Assembly (NCBI GenBank): GCA_044376115.1
Contig: JBILLK010000002.1
Span: 160,001-224,000 of the forward strand
Source: Polyangiaceae bacterium
Lineage (GTDB): Bacteria; Myxococcota_A; Polyangia; Polyangiales; Polyangiaceae
Direction of reading: 5' to 3'
Length of the DNA: 64,000 bases
Shown here: one piece after another, positions 39,749 through 48,292 of the stretch
Position numbering within the stretch: the first letter of the stretch is position 1
Layout of the letters: each line of letters opens with the position of its first letter
The notes under the pieces: model-generated
The model's database searches: none
Told to the model about the DNA's origin: nothing
The model's input: only the letters and a program-made list of their open reading frames with translations
Position numbers and translations under genes: made by a program

Positions 39749-40045
39749 TCAGGCGTTCGGCTTGGTGCGGTCGTTGGCGGCGGCGAGCTGCTCCTCCAGA
39801 TCGAGCAGCCGGCTTTGGATTTGATTGAGCGCGTGCAGCGTGCGCTCCTGATCTCGCTTGGTTGGTAGCCCCACGACGCCCCAAACCGAGGCGACCGCGC
39901 GGTCAGCTCGTGCTTTGGTGCGCATCACCGTGGTTAGCAGGGCCCCGGCTGGCTCGAGCACCAGCGGGTTCTTCAAGGCGTCCTCGACGCGCTTGGCAGT
40001 GCTCGTTTCCCACTTATTGAAAACGTCTTTGAACTTGTCCCACAT
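39749..40045 (-). CDS. Small PhaE-like (synthase partner) or granule protein
   Basis: GLPTKRDQERTLHALNQIQSRLLDLE resembles the PhaE C-terminal motif; PHA context; GGAG RBS. Confidence 0.6.
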   Translation of the reverse strand: MWDKFKDVFNKWETSTAKRVEDALKNPLVLEPAGALLTTVMRTKARADRAVASVWGVVGLPTKRDQERTLHALNQIQSRLLDLEEQLAAANDRTKPNA

Positions 40046-40095
40046 ACGCGTCTCCAGCAGAGGCGACCATCAGCGCGCGCCGCGCGCGGAAAGAA

Positions 40096-40935
40096 TCAGA
40101 AGCCCAGTCTGCGCAGCTCGGCTGCCTCGGTAAAGTCGGCCGAACTCTCACCGTCAGCGCTCGTCGCGCGAGCGATCTCAGCAAAACACTCGGCGAAGAA
40201 GGAGGTCTGGTGCCGGACCACCGCAGCGCCGACGGCGGGTTCCACGGTCACCTTCGTGCGAACCCGATGGACCTGCTCGAAGGTCAGTTGCAACAAATCG
40301 ATGCGGCCGACGGCGTCTACCGAAACCTCGTACGTGTCTTTGCCCGCGTAAGGCAGGCCCAACGTCATGCCGTTCTCGATCTGGCCGCTCGAGACGAAGC
40401 TCTGCCCGACCTCGACAGGGAACTGCAGCACCGTGATCGGCGGGTTGTATACAAGCAAGGTTTGCCCTTGTTCCGGCTGTTCCTCGGCGGAGGCGATCCC
40501 GAGCAGCAGCAGCCCGCCGTCGCTGACGAGGCCGATCGACTCGAGGCTGCCGCTCTTGTTGAACGGAGTAACGAAAGCACCGTCGGCAAACTCGGCCGCG
40601 TACCACTTCCCCTCCAACGTGCTGGCCGTGACGGTGAGCGCCTCATCGTCGGCGAAGTCGGTGGAGAAGTCCCACACCAGCTCGCCCTCTTCCTCGGTAC
40701 CGGAGAGGTCAACCGTGCGCGTCTCTCCGCTGGGCGAGATCACGTAGCGGACGGGGACCCCAGCGGCGACCTCGAGCTCTTTGCGTTCGATCTTGTCGTC
40801 GAGGTTGGGAATGCAGGAGAGCACCGGCGGGTCAGGGTCACTCGCTGGATCGCGGTCGGGAGGCAGCGTGAGGTTGTCTCCACATGCGGTGACTGCACTA
40901 AGCGAAAGAATGAGGCTCAACCAACGTTGCTTCAT
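40096..40935 (-). CDS. Lipoprotein, paralog of 43531-44568
   Basis: VTAC lipobox; shared C.PN.D, WDFS, WYA..F, FP.EVG, ECF motifs. Confidence 0.8.
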   Translation of the reverse strand: MKQRWLSLILSLSAVTACGDNLTLPPDRDPASDPDPPVLSCIPNLDDKIERKELEVAAGVPVRYVISPSGETRTVDLSGTEEEGELVWDFSTDFADDEALTVTASTLEGKWYAAEFADGAFVTPFNKSGSLESIGLVSDGGLLLLGIASAEEQPEQGQTLLVYNPPITVLQFPVEVGQSFVSSGQIENGMTLGLPYAGKDTYEVSVDAVGRIDLLQLTFEQVHRVRTKVTVEPAVGAAVVRHQTSFFAECFAEIARATSADGESSADFTEAAELRRLGF

Positions 40936-40937
40936 GA

Positions 40938-42515
40938 TCAAGGTCCTCGGAAGACGTAAGACAGACGCAGCCGCCACAGTTGAGCCGGCTTCGACGCAAG
41001 GTTTAATTCTACGTTGTCCAAGCCTGCGCCAGGGAGCAAGGTGGCTTGTTCGAGATCGGCACGAAAGCCAACGTCGCTGACGTAGGAGATCGTTGGGTCA
41101 ATCTCGAAGCCGAGGAAGCCCGCCTGTCCCGGCGTTGATTCCGACTTGGCTGCGAAGGAGAGCACGCCCGCGAGCCCGACGCTGAGCTTGCCACCGATGT
41201 CGGTGATCAGGTCGTACTTGAGGTGCGGCTTGAGGTAGATGGCGTCGGTTACGGTGCCGATGATCTCGCGAAAGAGGATGCGGTCGACACGGTAGTCGGG
41301 GTGAAAGCGGAAGTTGTTGACCTCGCGATCGAAGGGCGGGTTCGCTTGGGGACCGTCGAGATCGCCAGCGACCGGAGCGACGTCTCCCGCCTTGAGGATC
41401 GCACCGAAGCCGGGTGCTGCGTCTCCGCTGGCGAAGCCTGCGTTGAGGCCACCGAGAAAACGGCGCTGATCATCGCCAAACTCCGTCTCGAGGGCTGCAC
41501 CGAATTGATTGGAGGTGACCGGCTCGCGAAAGAGCACGCCTGGCACCAAGCTCGGTTGCTCGACCGAGGCATGCAGGTAAGCGGCCTCTGCCTCGACGCG
41601 GAAGTTCTTGCCCTCGAAGCGCAGCCACAGATCCGAGGCCAGTGCCTCGTAGCCGCGCGCCATCACTTGTCCCGCCTCGAGCGGAATTGGCTGGGCAACC
41701 GGCAGGTAGGTCGCCGGGATGTCGGAGTCTTGGAAGCGGTAGGAAGCGAAGGCGCCGTATTCGGGCGTGACCTTGCCGGCGGCGCTGCGGCGCGCTCGCG
41801 CCTCGGGACCGCGCCAACGCGAGACAGCGAAGGTCAAAGTGTGCGCGATGGCTTTGGGCTCGACGTCGATCGCGCGGAAGCCCGTGCGATGTTCCACCGG
41901 CGCGCCTGCGGCGGTGAAGTCGTAGGCGATGGCGAACAGATGGTCGACCAGCGGCGTGACGAAGGCGATGCGGTCGGCTGAATCCCCGCTGTCGGCGTCG
42001 AGCGCGTCCCCGCCGTTGGCCAACATGCCGAGCCCCCAGTCTTGCCCCATGCGACCAAACGCCAATAGGCCAAAGGGCGTGAGCAGCTCCGCGTAGGCCC
42101 GCCGCAGTTTGAACAGCGGCTCATCCGAACGCTGGCTGGTGGACGCGGACGGAATGCCGTCGGGCATGCTGCCGAGCAAGACGTTGTCGAGCGTATCGAG
42201 ACGAACCTTGACCGCCATACCGCCCCAAGGCGCGTACAAACTCACGTCGGTGCGGATGCGCGTATCGAAGGCTGTGAGCAGCTGCTCGGTCGGATCCGAA
42301 AGCGAGACCGGAAACAGGATCTCCCCGGAAGGCGTAGGCCCGCGGTCGAGATCGAGGTTGTGGAAGAGCGAGCCGCGCGTGCGGGTGTAGCCGGAGACCT
42401 GGATGAAAGAACCGGGGGCCTCGAGATCTTCACCGTGATCGGTGAGACCCGATGCGAGCGCTGCGTCGACCGGCACCGCAGCGAGCGCCAGCGCGAAGAG
42501 GTAACGTCGCTTCAT
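40938..42515 (-). CDS. Outer-membrane beta-barrel protein (resembles myxobacterial TIGR04551-type/alginate-export-like)
   Basis: Signal peptide, GYTRTRG, LRRAYAE, GRMGQDWGLG, amphipathic strands, terminal LRLSYVF. Confidence 0.72.
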   Translation of the reverse strand: MKRRYLFALALAAVPVDAALASGLTDHGEDLEAPGSFIQVSGYTRTRGSLFHNLDLDRGPTPSGEILFPVSLSDPTEQLLTAFDTRIRTDVSLYAPWGGMAVKVRLDTLDNVLLGSMPDGIPSASTSQRSDEPLFKLRRAYAELLTPFGLLAFGRMGQDWGLGMLANGGDALDADSGDSADRIAFVTPLVDHLFAIAYDFTAAGAPVEHRTGFRAIDVEPKAIAHTLTFAVSRWRGPEARARRSAAGKVTPEYGAFASYRFQDSDIPATYLPVAQPIPLEAGQVMARGYEALASDLWLRFEGKNFRVEAEAAYLHASVEQPSLVPGVLFREPVTSNQFGAALETEFGDDQRRFLGGLNAGFASGDAAPGFGAILKAGDVAPVAGDLDGPQANPPFDREVNNFRFHPDYRVDRILFREIIGTVTDAIYLKPHLKYDLITDIGGKLSVGLAGVLSFAAKSESTPGQAGFLGFEIDPTISYVSDVGFRADLEQATLLPGAGLDNVELNLASKPAQLWRLRLSYVFRGP

Positions 42516-43534
42516 TGGCGCGGCTCCGTGTCCGAGCCCGGGGTGGGCTCCGGGGTTTCTTTGGGCTCGATGGCCGGCGTTGCTTCGGTGGGCGGCTTCT
42601 CCGCGACCGGTTTAGCGCCTGGTGCCTTCATCTCGCCAAGGAACGCAAGCAGGTCGCGCGTGGAGGGCCGCACGGCCTCGATCATCGGGAAATGACCACA
42701 CCTCGGATAGACAATAAGCTTGGCCTGCGGCAGCTCGTTCACCAGCCGCTCACCGAAGGGCAGGGTGGTCACCTTGTCTTCGCGTCCCCAGAGCAAGAGC
42801 GTGGGCTTGTCGATCGTCTTGTAGCGTTCTTCCACCTCGTCGAAGCGCTGACCACGAATGGCCGCAAGGGCTGCGGCCTTGGTGCCGGGGCGTGAGAGCT
42901 GATCTTCAACCGTCTCGATCAGCTCCTCGGTGATGTACTTCCGGTCGTAGAAGGCCGTGGCCATCTTTTCGTCGGAGCGTTCGTTGTAGAAGGCCCCCAC
43001 GAGCCCCTCGCCGAGGCCGTCTGCGCGGGCCCAACGAAAGAAGTTCGGCAGCTGGTCGTCGTAGACCCAAGCGTCGTAAAGCGCGATCCGTTCGATCTGG
43101 TCCGGAGCTAGCAGCGCAACTTGCAAGGCGATCGACGAACCCCACGAGTGGGCCACGAGCGCGACGGGGCTGTCCACACCACGCTCATCCAAAAGATCGA
43201 GGATGATCTCGGCTTGCGCTTTGGGGCTGTAGTCACCCTCGGGCCTGTCGCTCCAGCCGAACCCCTTGAGGTCCAGCGCGATCACACGAAACTTACCGGC
43301 CAACGCTTTGCGGATGCCGGCCCATGCACCCATCGACGAGGCGAAACCGTGGATCAGCACGACGACGGGGCCTTGGCCTTCGTCCACGAAGTGGATGTTG
43401 GCTCCGCGCAGCTTGGCGAAGGTGGCTCCCTTGGGCGCGCCGGGGATAGCCCCGCTATGAAACTCCACGCAGCTCGCGGACGCCAGCGTAGCGGCCAGGC
43501 CCGCGCACGACTTGATGAAGCGACGTCGAATCAA
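42512..43534 (-). CDS. Exported alpha/beta hydrolase (twin-arginine, lipobox)
   Basis: IRRRFIK, SASC, IHGF, DLKGFG, AHSWG, WGREDKV, CGHFP. Confidence 0.88.
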   Translation of the reverse strand: MIRRRFIKSCAGLAATLASASCVEFHSGAIPGAPKGATFAKLRGANIHFVDEGQGPVVVLIHGFASSMGAWAGIRKALAGKFRVIALDLKGFGWSDRPEGDYSPKAQAEIILDLLDERGVDSPVALVAHSWGSSIALQVALLAPDQIERIALYDAWVYDDQLPNFFRWARADGLGEGLVGAFYNERSDEKMATAFYDRKYITEELIETVEDQLSRPGTKAAALAAIRGQRFDEVEERYKTIDKPTLLLWGREDKVTTLPFGERLVNELPQAKLIVYPRCGHFPMIEAVRPSTRDLLAFLGEMKAPGAKPVAEKPPTEATPAIEPKETPEPTPGSDTEPRQ

Positions 43535-44568
43535 GGTGCCAGCCGCTTGATCTCAGCGATGTCGACGAACTCATCGCCGGTCTCGTTGGCCTCCGAGTCG
43601 ATCGTCGCGATGGTGCCGAAACACTCGGTGACAAAGGCGAAGGTCTTTTGCGTAGTGACCAGCGCTCCGATGGTCCGCGTGAGATCGATGCGTACGCGCA
43701 GGGCGTCAAACGTGGAGAACGGCGTCACCACGTCACCGCGTGAATCCACGGTGGACTCGTAGCTTTCGCTGTAGAAGCTGAGCACGCCGCTGGCGTAGCC
43801 GCTCACGCTGGCGTTGGTGCTCCAGGTGTTCCCCACCTCGAGCGGGAAGGCGAGCACTTTGACCGCAGGGTCATACTCGAGCTCGGTGCGGGTCACGCCG
43901 TCCTCGGGGGAGACGACGCCGCGCAGCAGCAGCGCGTCGTCGGTGATCTCGAACACACCGATCAGCTCGCTGGTGTCGGAGAGGCGAGAGGCGTAACTCG
44001 CGCCCGGGAAGATGTCGGCGTACCACGTCCCCGCGAGCGGAAGCGTCTCCAGCAGGACGCCGTGATCGCCTGGCAGCGCTCCAGAGAAGTCCCACGTCTC
44101 TTTTCCGTCCACGAGCGTGCTGGCCGTGGAAAGCGTGACGCCGGTGGCGACGCGGAACTTGGCGTCGAGCCCAGCAGCGAGCGGTATCTCTTCACGCGTG
44201 ATGGTGCCGTCTTCATTCGGGCTACAAAGCCCATTGCCGCCGGTACCACCCGCTCCGCCAGCCTGCTCGCCGCCGCTGCCAGCGGTACCACTGCCGCCGT
44301 CCCCTCCGCTACCGCCGTCCGATGAGGTGCCGCCGGAACCGCCCTCGGGGTTGACGCACATGCCGTCGTTGCAGGCGCCACTTTCACAATCCGCTCCGAC
44401 CTCGCACGTGCCCCCGAAGGGTTCACCTGCGGCGCAGGCCGAGAGCGCCAGTGCGCCCAGGCTGAGCAGCGCTAGCAGCGGCTTGTGCCACGACTCTTTA
44501 CGCTGAGCCGGGGCATGAGCGAAGGGACCTGCCGATGATGGGAACGACGTGCGAGCCTGCTGTCTCAT
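43531..44568 (-). CDS. Lipoprotein with Cys knot-like motif and Gly linker, paralog of 40096-40935 (start uncertain)
   Basis: LSAC lipobox, CEVGADCESGAC, shared C-terminal domain. Confidence 0.8.
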   Translation of the reverse strand: MRQQARTSFPSSAGPFAHAPAQRKESWHKPLLALLSLGALALSACAAGEPFGGTCEVGADCESGACNDGMCVNPEGGSGGTSSDGGSGGDGGSGTAGSGGEQAGGAGGTGGNGLCSPNEDGTITREEIPLAAGLDAKFRVATGVTLSTASTLVDGKETWDFSGALPGDHGVLLETLPLAGTWYADIFPGASYASRLSDTSELIGVFEITDDALLLRGVVSPEDGVTRTELEYDPAVKVLAFPLEVGNTWSTNASVSGYASGVLSFYSESYESTVDSRGDVVTPFSTFDALRVRIDLTRTIGALVTTQKTFAFVTECFGTIATIDSEANETGDEFVDIAEIKRLAP

Positions 44569-44585
44569 GTACTTCTTTCCGGCCT

Positions 44586-44600
44586 TGTTGCGCTGCAGCA
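44586..44600. promoter_or_regulatory. PhaR-type operator
   Basis: TGTTGCGCTGCAGCA between a minus-strand TTGACA (44640-45) and the operon start; identical copy at 45258. Confidence 0.68.
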
Positions 44601-44735
44601 ATTCGGCGAACGAGCGTGTATGCGCCGGCCTCGCGACGCTGTCAAGTTGGCCCGAACTGCGGGGATCGCATCGGTCGGGAGGCGTGAGACAGTGTGTTGC
44701 GGCGCGTTGGCGAGCGTGCGACGACAAGCCTGCGA

Positions 44736-45257
44736 ATGACTGTCACCACCGTCAAGAAGTACTCGAATCGGAGGCTCTACGATACCGAGGAGAGCTGCTA
44801 CATCACGCTCGATGAGCTGACCGAGCGTGTCAAAGGCGGCAAGGACGTTCGCGTCGTGGATGCCAAGACTGGCGAGGATCTCACGCAGGCGACGCTGGTT
44901 CAGATTGTGCTCGAGACCCAAGCGGCCCGGCTGCTGCCCGTCCCGCTCCTAGCGCGACTCATTCGCATGCAAGATGACGCCTTGGGCGACTTTTTCAGCC
45001 GTTACGTATCGTTTGCTTTGGAGATGTACCTCACCGCCAAGTCGGGGGCCCAGGCGATTTCGCCGTACGTACCCTTTGCGAACGTGCCCTTCACCGCCAC
45101 CAACGCGCTAGCGCGCGCAATGGGCGCGATTCCCTTTTGGGGCGAGCCGCCTCCGTCGGCGCCACCCACACCTGCGGACGCGGCGGACGTAGCTTCGCTG
45201 CGCACCGAGCTGGAGGAGCTGCGGCGGGAGTTACGAGGGAAGCGGACCAGGCGCTGA
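44736..45257 (+). CDS. phaR: PHA synthesis repressor PhaR/AniA family
   Basis: KKYSNRRLYDT.ESCYITL, VVDAKTGEDLT..TL.QI, LP..LL..LIR. Confidence 0.93.
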   Translation: MTVTTVKKYSNRRLYDTEESCYITLDELTERVKGGKDVRVVDAKTGEDLTQATLVQIVLETQAARLLPVPLLARLIRMQDDALGDFFSRYVSFALEMYLTAKSGAQAISPYVPFANVPFTATNALARAMGAIPFWGEPPPSAPPTPADAADVASLRTELEELRRELRGKRTRR

Positions 45258-45272
45258 TGTTGCGCTGCAGCA
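45258..45272. promoter_or_regulatory. PhaR-type operator upstream of the COMM-domain gene
   Basis: TGTTGCGCTGCAGCA, identical to 44586-44600; partial copy TTGCGCTGC at 45293. Confidence 0.62.
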
Positions 45273-45320
45273 TACAGCTCGCGCTTGCCACCTTGCGCTG
45301 CTTGGGGGCATAGCGAGCCG

Positions 45321-45923
45321 ATGAGCGAACCCCTGCTGCTTGCTTGCCTCGAGGGTGCCCCAGCCCCCGCCGAGCTCGCGCGCGATCTCAGGTCGATTGC
45401 CTCGCTTCCGGAGAACGCGCAGGCAGCCTTATGGAAGGCTGTGGAGGCGGTGCTCGTGGACCCGCCGCCCGCCGACGCCGGCGCCATCATCGAAGCGCAC
45501 GCGCAGCGACTGGGCCTCGAACCGGCCGCGCTCTCTCGAGCCGCGAGCTCGATGCGCGCCGTCTACCGCTTCGCCGTTGCGCTGGATTTGCCGCGTGAGG
45601 CAGTGGCTGACGACCTAGCAAAACTTTCCGGCAATGACCCGGTGATCTCTACGCTGGTGCTTTCCAACTACGATCTAGCGCGCCAGCGGATCCAAGCCGA
45701 ACTCGCGCACAAGACGCTGATGGACCACGGCAAAGTGCTGACCGACGTCTCCTGGCGTCTGAACATGGTCACCCAGTCGAACCACGGGCGAGGCTTGCGT
45801 CTTCCGGTGGTGACGTTGACCCTCCAGTATCAAGAGCAGGGCCAGAAGCAGTCGCTGACGCTCGAAGTCCTGCCCTCGATCTTGCGCAAACTGAAAGAGA
45901 CCGTCGCTGGGATCGTGAGCTGA
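45321..45923 (+). CDS. COMMD-like protein (helical N-domain plus COMM domain)
   Basis: 200 aa; C-terminal LTDVSWRLNMVTQSNHGRGLRLPVVTLTL...LTLEV....LRKL pattern typical of COMM domains. Confidence 0.75.
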   Translation: MSEPLLLACLEGAPAPAELARDLRSIASLPENAQAALWKAVEAVLVDPPPADAGAIIEAHAQRLGLEPAALSRAASSMRAVYRFAVALDLPREAVADDLAKLSGNDPVISTLVLSNYDLARQRIQAELAHKTLMDHGKVLTDVSWRLNMVTQSNHGRGLRLPVVTLTLQYQEQGQKQSLTLEVLPSILRKLKETVAGIVS

Positions 45924-45928
45924 GTTCG

Positions 45929-46630
45929 ATGTGCTACCTCAAAAGCTTCCTGGCCTTCTTGCCGCTCTTGATGTTGGGATGTGGCGACGAGAGCGCTGCA
46001 GACGGTGGTGGCGGCTCGGGCGGTCTCGGTGCTGCCGGCGCGAGTGAGGGCGGTGCAAGTGAAGGCGGCGGAGGCGCAAGTGAAGGCGGCGGGGGCGCAA
46101 CCGCCGTGGACAAGGCGAAGGACTGTGCAAGCCAGTTCGGCGATGCTTTGTCCGACAGCTTCGGCCGGCTGGACGGGACGGTCGTGGCTGTGGTTGCACC
46201 GGAGGATACGGAGTGCCCGCTCGTCAACGACGATCACCTGGTGCTCCAGGTCGCGATGAACGGCGCGGTCTACCGCATGGTCGTCAACATCACCGACGTC
46301 GCGTTTGCGCAGAAGTCAGCTGCGCTGCTCGGGCCGGCCTGGTCGGAAGGGTGGCACACCGGACTCACGCTCGAGTACCCGACCGACCTCGACGTTCACA
46401 GCCCGGAGTTTCAGCAGCTGGCCCTTCCTGCGATGATCGAGACGATCTCCGCAGGGATCGAGCTGGGTGCACCGATCTCGGTCTTCGCCGTTAGCTCAGG
46501 AGGCGAGTTCGCCAGCAGCGCTCACTTGATTCACCGCAACGACAACAACTCCGACGGGGCCATCGTGCTCGCCCCGGACTCCGAGAATCCCTCGTACCTG
46601 CTGTTTCGCTTCGCCAGTCAGAGCTTCTGA
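45929..46630 (+). CDS. Hypothetical lipoprotein with Gly-rich linker
   Basis: MLGC lipobox, ASEGG repeats, GRLDG, DDHL, WSEGWH, HLIHR. Confidence 0.75.
   Translation: MCYLKSFLAFLPLLMLGCGDESAADGGGGSGGLGAAGASEGGASEGGGGASEGGGGATAVDKAKDCASQFGDALSDSFGRLDGTVVAVVAPEDTECPLVNDDHLVLQVAMNGAVYRMVVNITDVAFAQKSAALLGPAWSEGWHTGLTLEYPTDLDVHSPEFQQLALPAMIETISAGIELGAPISVFAVSSGGEFASSAHLIHRNDNNSDGAIVLAPDSENPSYLLFRFASQSF
46055..46096 (+). repeat. 21-bp tandem repeat in linker
   Basis: GCAAGTGAAGGCGGCGG(A/G)GGC x2. Confidence 0.85.
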
Positions 46631-48249
46631 GCCGGCCGCAACGCGCGCCCGGGGCCCTTACCGAGCGCGACGGGCTGGCCGTCTCGACGCACCAGCTGCC
46701 CATTGAGCCAAACGTGCAGGACGCCTTCAGCGTGGCGATGGGGCTCGATGAAGTCGGCGCGATCGGCGATCTTCGTCGCGTCGAACACCACCACATCGGC
46801 CGCTTTTCCGGCCTGAAGCAGGCCGCGGTCGGAGAGGCCAAGCAACGACGCGCTCAGGCCGCTGGACTTGCGCACCGCCTCTTCGAGCGAAAAGAGCTTG
46901 GCCTCGCGCACGAGCGGTCCGAGCGCACGCGCAAAGGTGCCATGACTACGCGGGTGCGAACTCTCGCCGCTGGCATCGGTGCCGAAGGCGACGAACGGGT
47001 CGCGCGCGAGCCTGTAGACGAGCTCCTCGTCCATGACACGATAAGCCGCCTCGCCGCCGTACGGTCCGAGCCCGAGCAGGATGTCTTCGAATGGGCGGCG
47101 CTGTTCTGCGGCGACTTCGGCGAGCGTCTTGCCTTGGTAGCGACCGGGTCCGAATACGGTCGCTTCAGGGCCGTTGCGCGCGAGCACGCGGGCGCGCAAA
47201 TGATCGCGAATTGCGGCGCGTTGTTTACGAAGCGCGCGCTTGTAGTCATTCGGTGGGCGGGCGCTGGGAGGAAACAGAATCGCCAGCGTGGTGTAGCTCG
47301 CGGTGTAGGGGTAGAGATCGGCGCTGACCTCGAGGCCTCGTTCGCGAGCTCGAGCCAGCTGCTGCAACAGCGCCTCGGCCCGCGCCTCCCCTCGGCCAAG
47401 CACGACCTTCAAATGCGCGATGTGTGCGCGCGCCCCAGTTTGCTCGCATGCGACTAAAAACTCGGCCAGCGCGCCCTCGATCTGGTCGTCATCCTCGCTT
47501 CGTAGGTGCGCCATCGCAACACGCTTGGCCCGTCCAACTGGCTCGAGTGCGGCGCGAAGTTCTGCCGCGTCGCTACCGCGAGCCCCGTCATATTCGAGCC
47601 CAAACGAAAGCCCGAACGCGCCCTGCTCGAGGTCGCGCTCGACCCTTTGCGCGAGCGTGCGGGGCTGCTTCACGGCGACGGTTTTCTCGTCGCGCGCAAG
47701 CTCGGCGCGCAACGAACTGTGGCCGCTCAAGGCAGCGATGTTGACCGCGCTACCGCGCCGGTCGACCGAGTCGAGAAAGCCACCAAGATCGGCAGCAGGG
47801 CTCTCACCGTCCTGCCCGAGCACCACCGTTGTCACGCCCATCGCGTGAAGTTGCGGCGCTTCAGTGAAAGGAGCTTGGTGGCTATGAAGGTCGATGAAAC
47901 CGGGGGCAACCCACAGGCCGCTCGCGTTCACCTCGAGGCGCGTCTTCTGCTCGCGTGCGACGGCTCCGACGAACAGCACCCGGTCGCCCTCCAGCACAAC
48001 GTCGGCTGAGCGCGCCGCTGCACCGCTGCCGTCGATCAGCAACCCGTTGCGCAGCACGACGTCCACGGCCTGTTCGCGAAAAAAAGCCGCAGGAGCAACC
48101 TCGCTAGCCGAACTCGGGATGGCGGTTTCGCTGCTGCGTGAGCTCGGAACGAGGCTCGCGCGGTCGCTAGCCGGCGAGCAACTACTGAGCGCGATGAGCA
48201 GCTGCAGGGCGCCCGCGAAGGGACGCACCTTTCGTCTTAGCGCCGACAT
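46618..48249 (-). CDS. N-acyl-D-amino-acid deacylase-like amidohydrolase (exported)
   Basis: PGFIDLHSH, GVTTVV.GQDG, HLRSE, HIAHLK, YPYTAS, HPRSHGTF, DRG....ADVVVFD. Confidence 0.88.
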   Translation of the reverse strand: MSALRRKVRPFAGALQLLIALSSCSPASDRASLVPSSRSSETAIPSSASEVAPAAFFREQAVDVVLRNGLLIDGSGAAARSADVVLEGDRVLFVGAVAREQKTRLEVNASGLWVAPGFIDLHSHQAPFTEAPQLHAMGVTTVVLGQDGESPAADLGGFLDSVDRRGSAVNIAALSGHSSLRAELARDEKTVAVKQPRTLAQRVERDLEQGAFGLSFGLEYDGARGSDAAELRAALEPVGRAKRVAMAHLRSEDDDQIEGALAEFLVACEQTGARAHIAHLKVVLGRGEARAEALLQQLARARERGLEVSADLYPYTASYTTLAILFPPSARPPNDYKRALRKQRAAIRDHLRARVLARNGPEATVFGPGRYQGKTLAEVAAEQRRPFEDILLGLGPYGGEAAYRVMDEELVYRLARDPFVAFGTDASGESSHPRSHGTFARALGPLVREAKLFSLEEAVRKSSGLSASLLGLSDRGLLQAGKAADVVVFDATKIADRADFIEPHRHAEGVLHVWLNGQLVRRDGQPVALGKGPGRALRPAQKL

Positions 48250-48292
48250 TGAGCGCCACACTCTGCCATGAATCAGGCCATAATGCGCGGCC

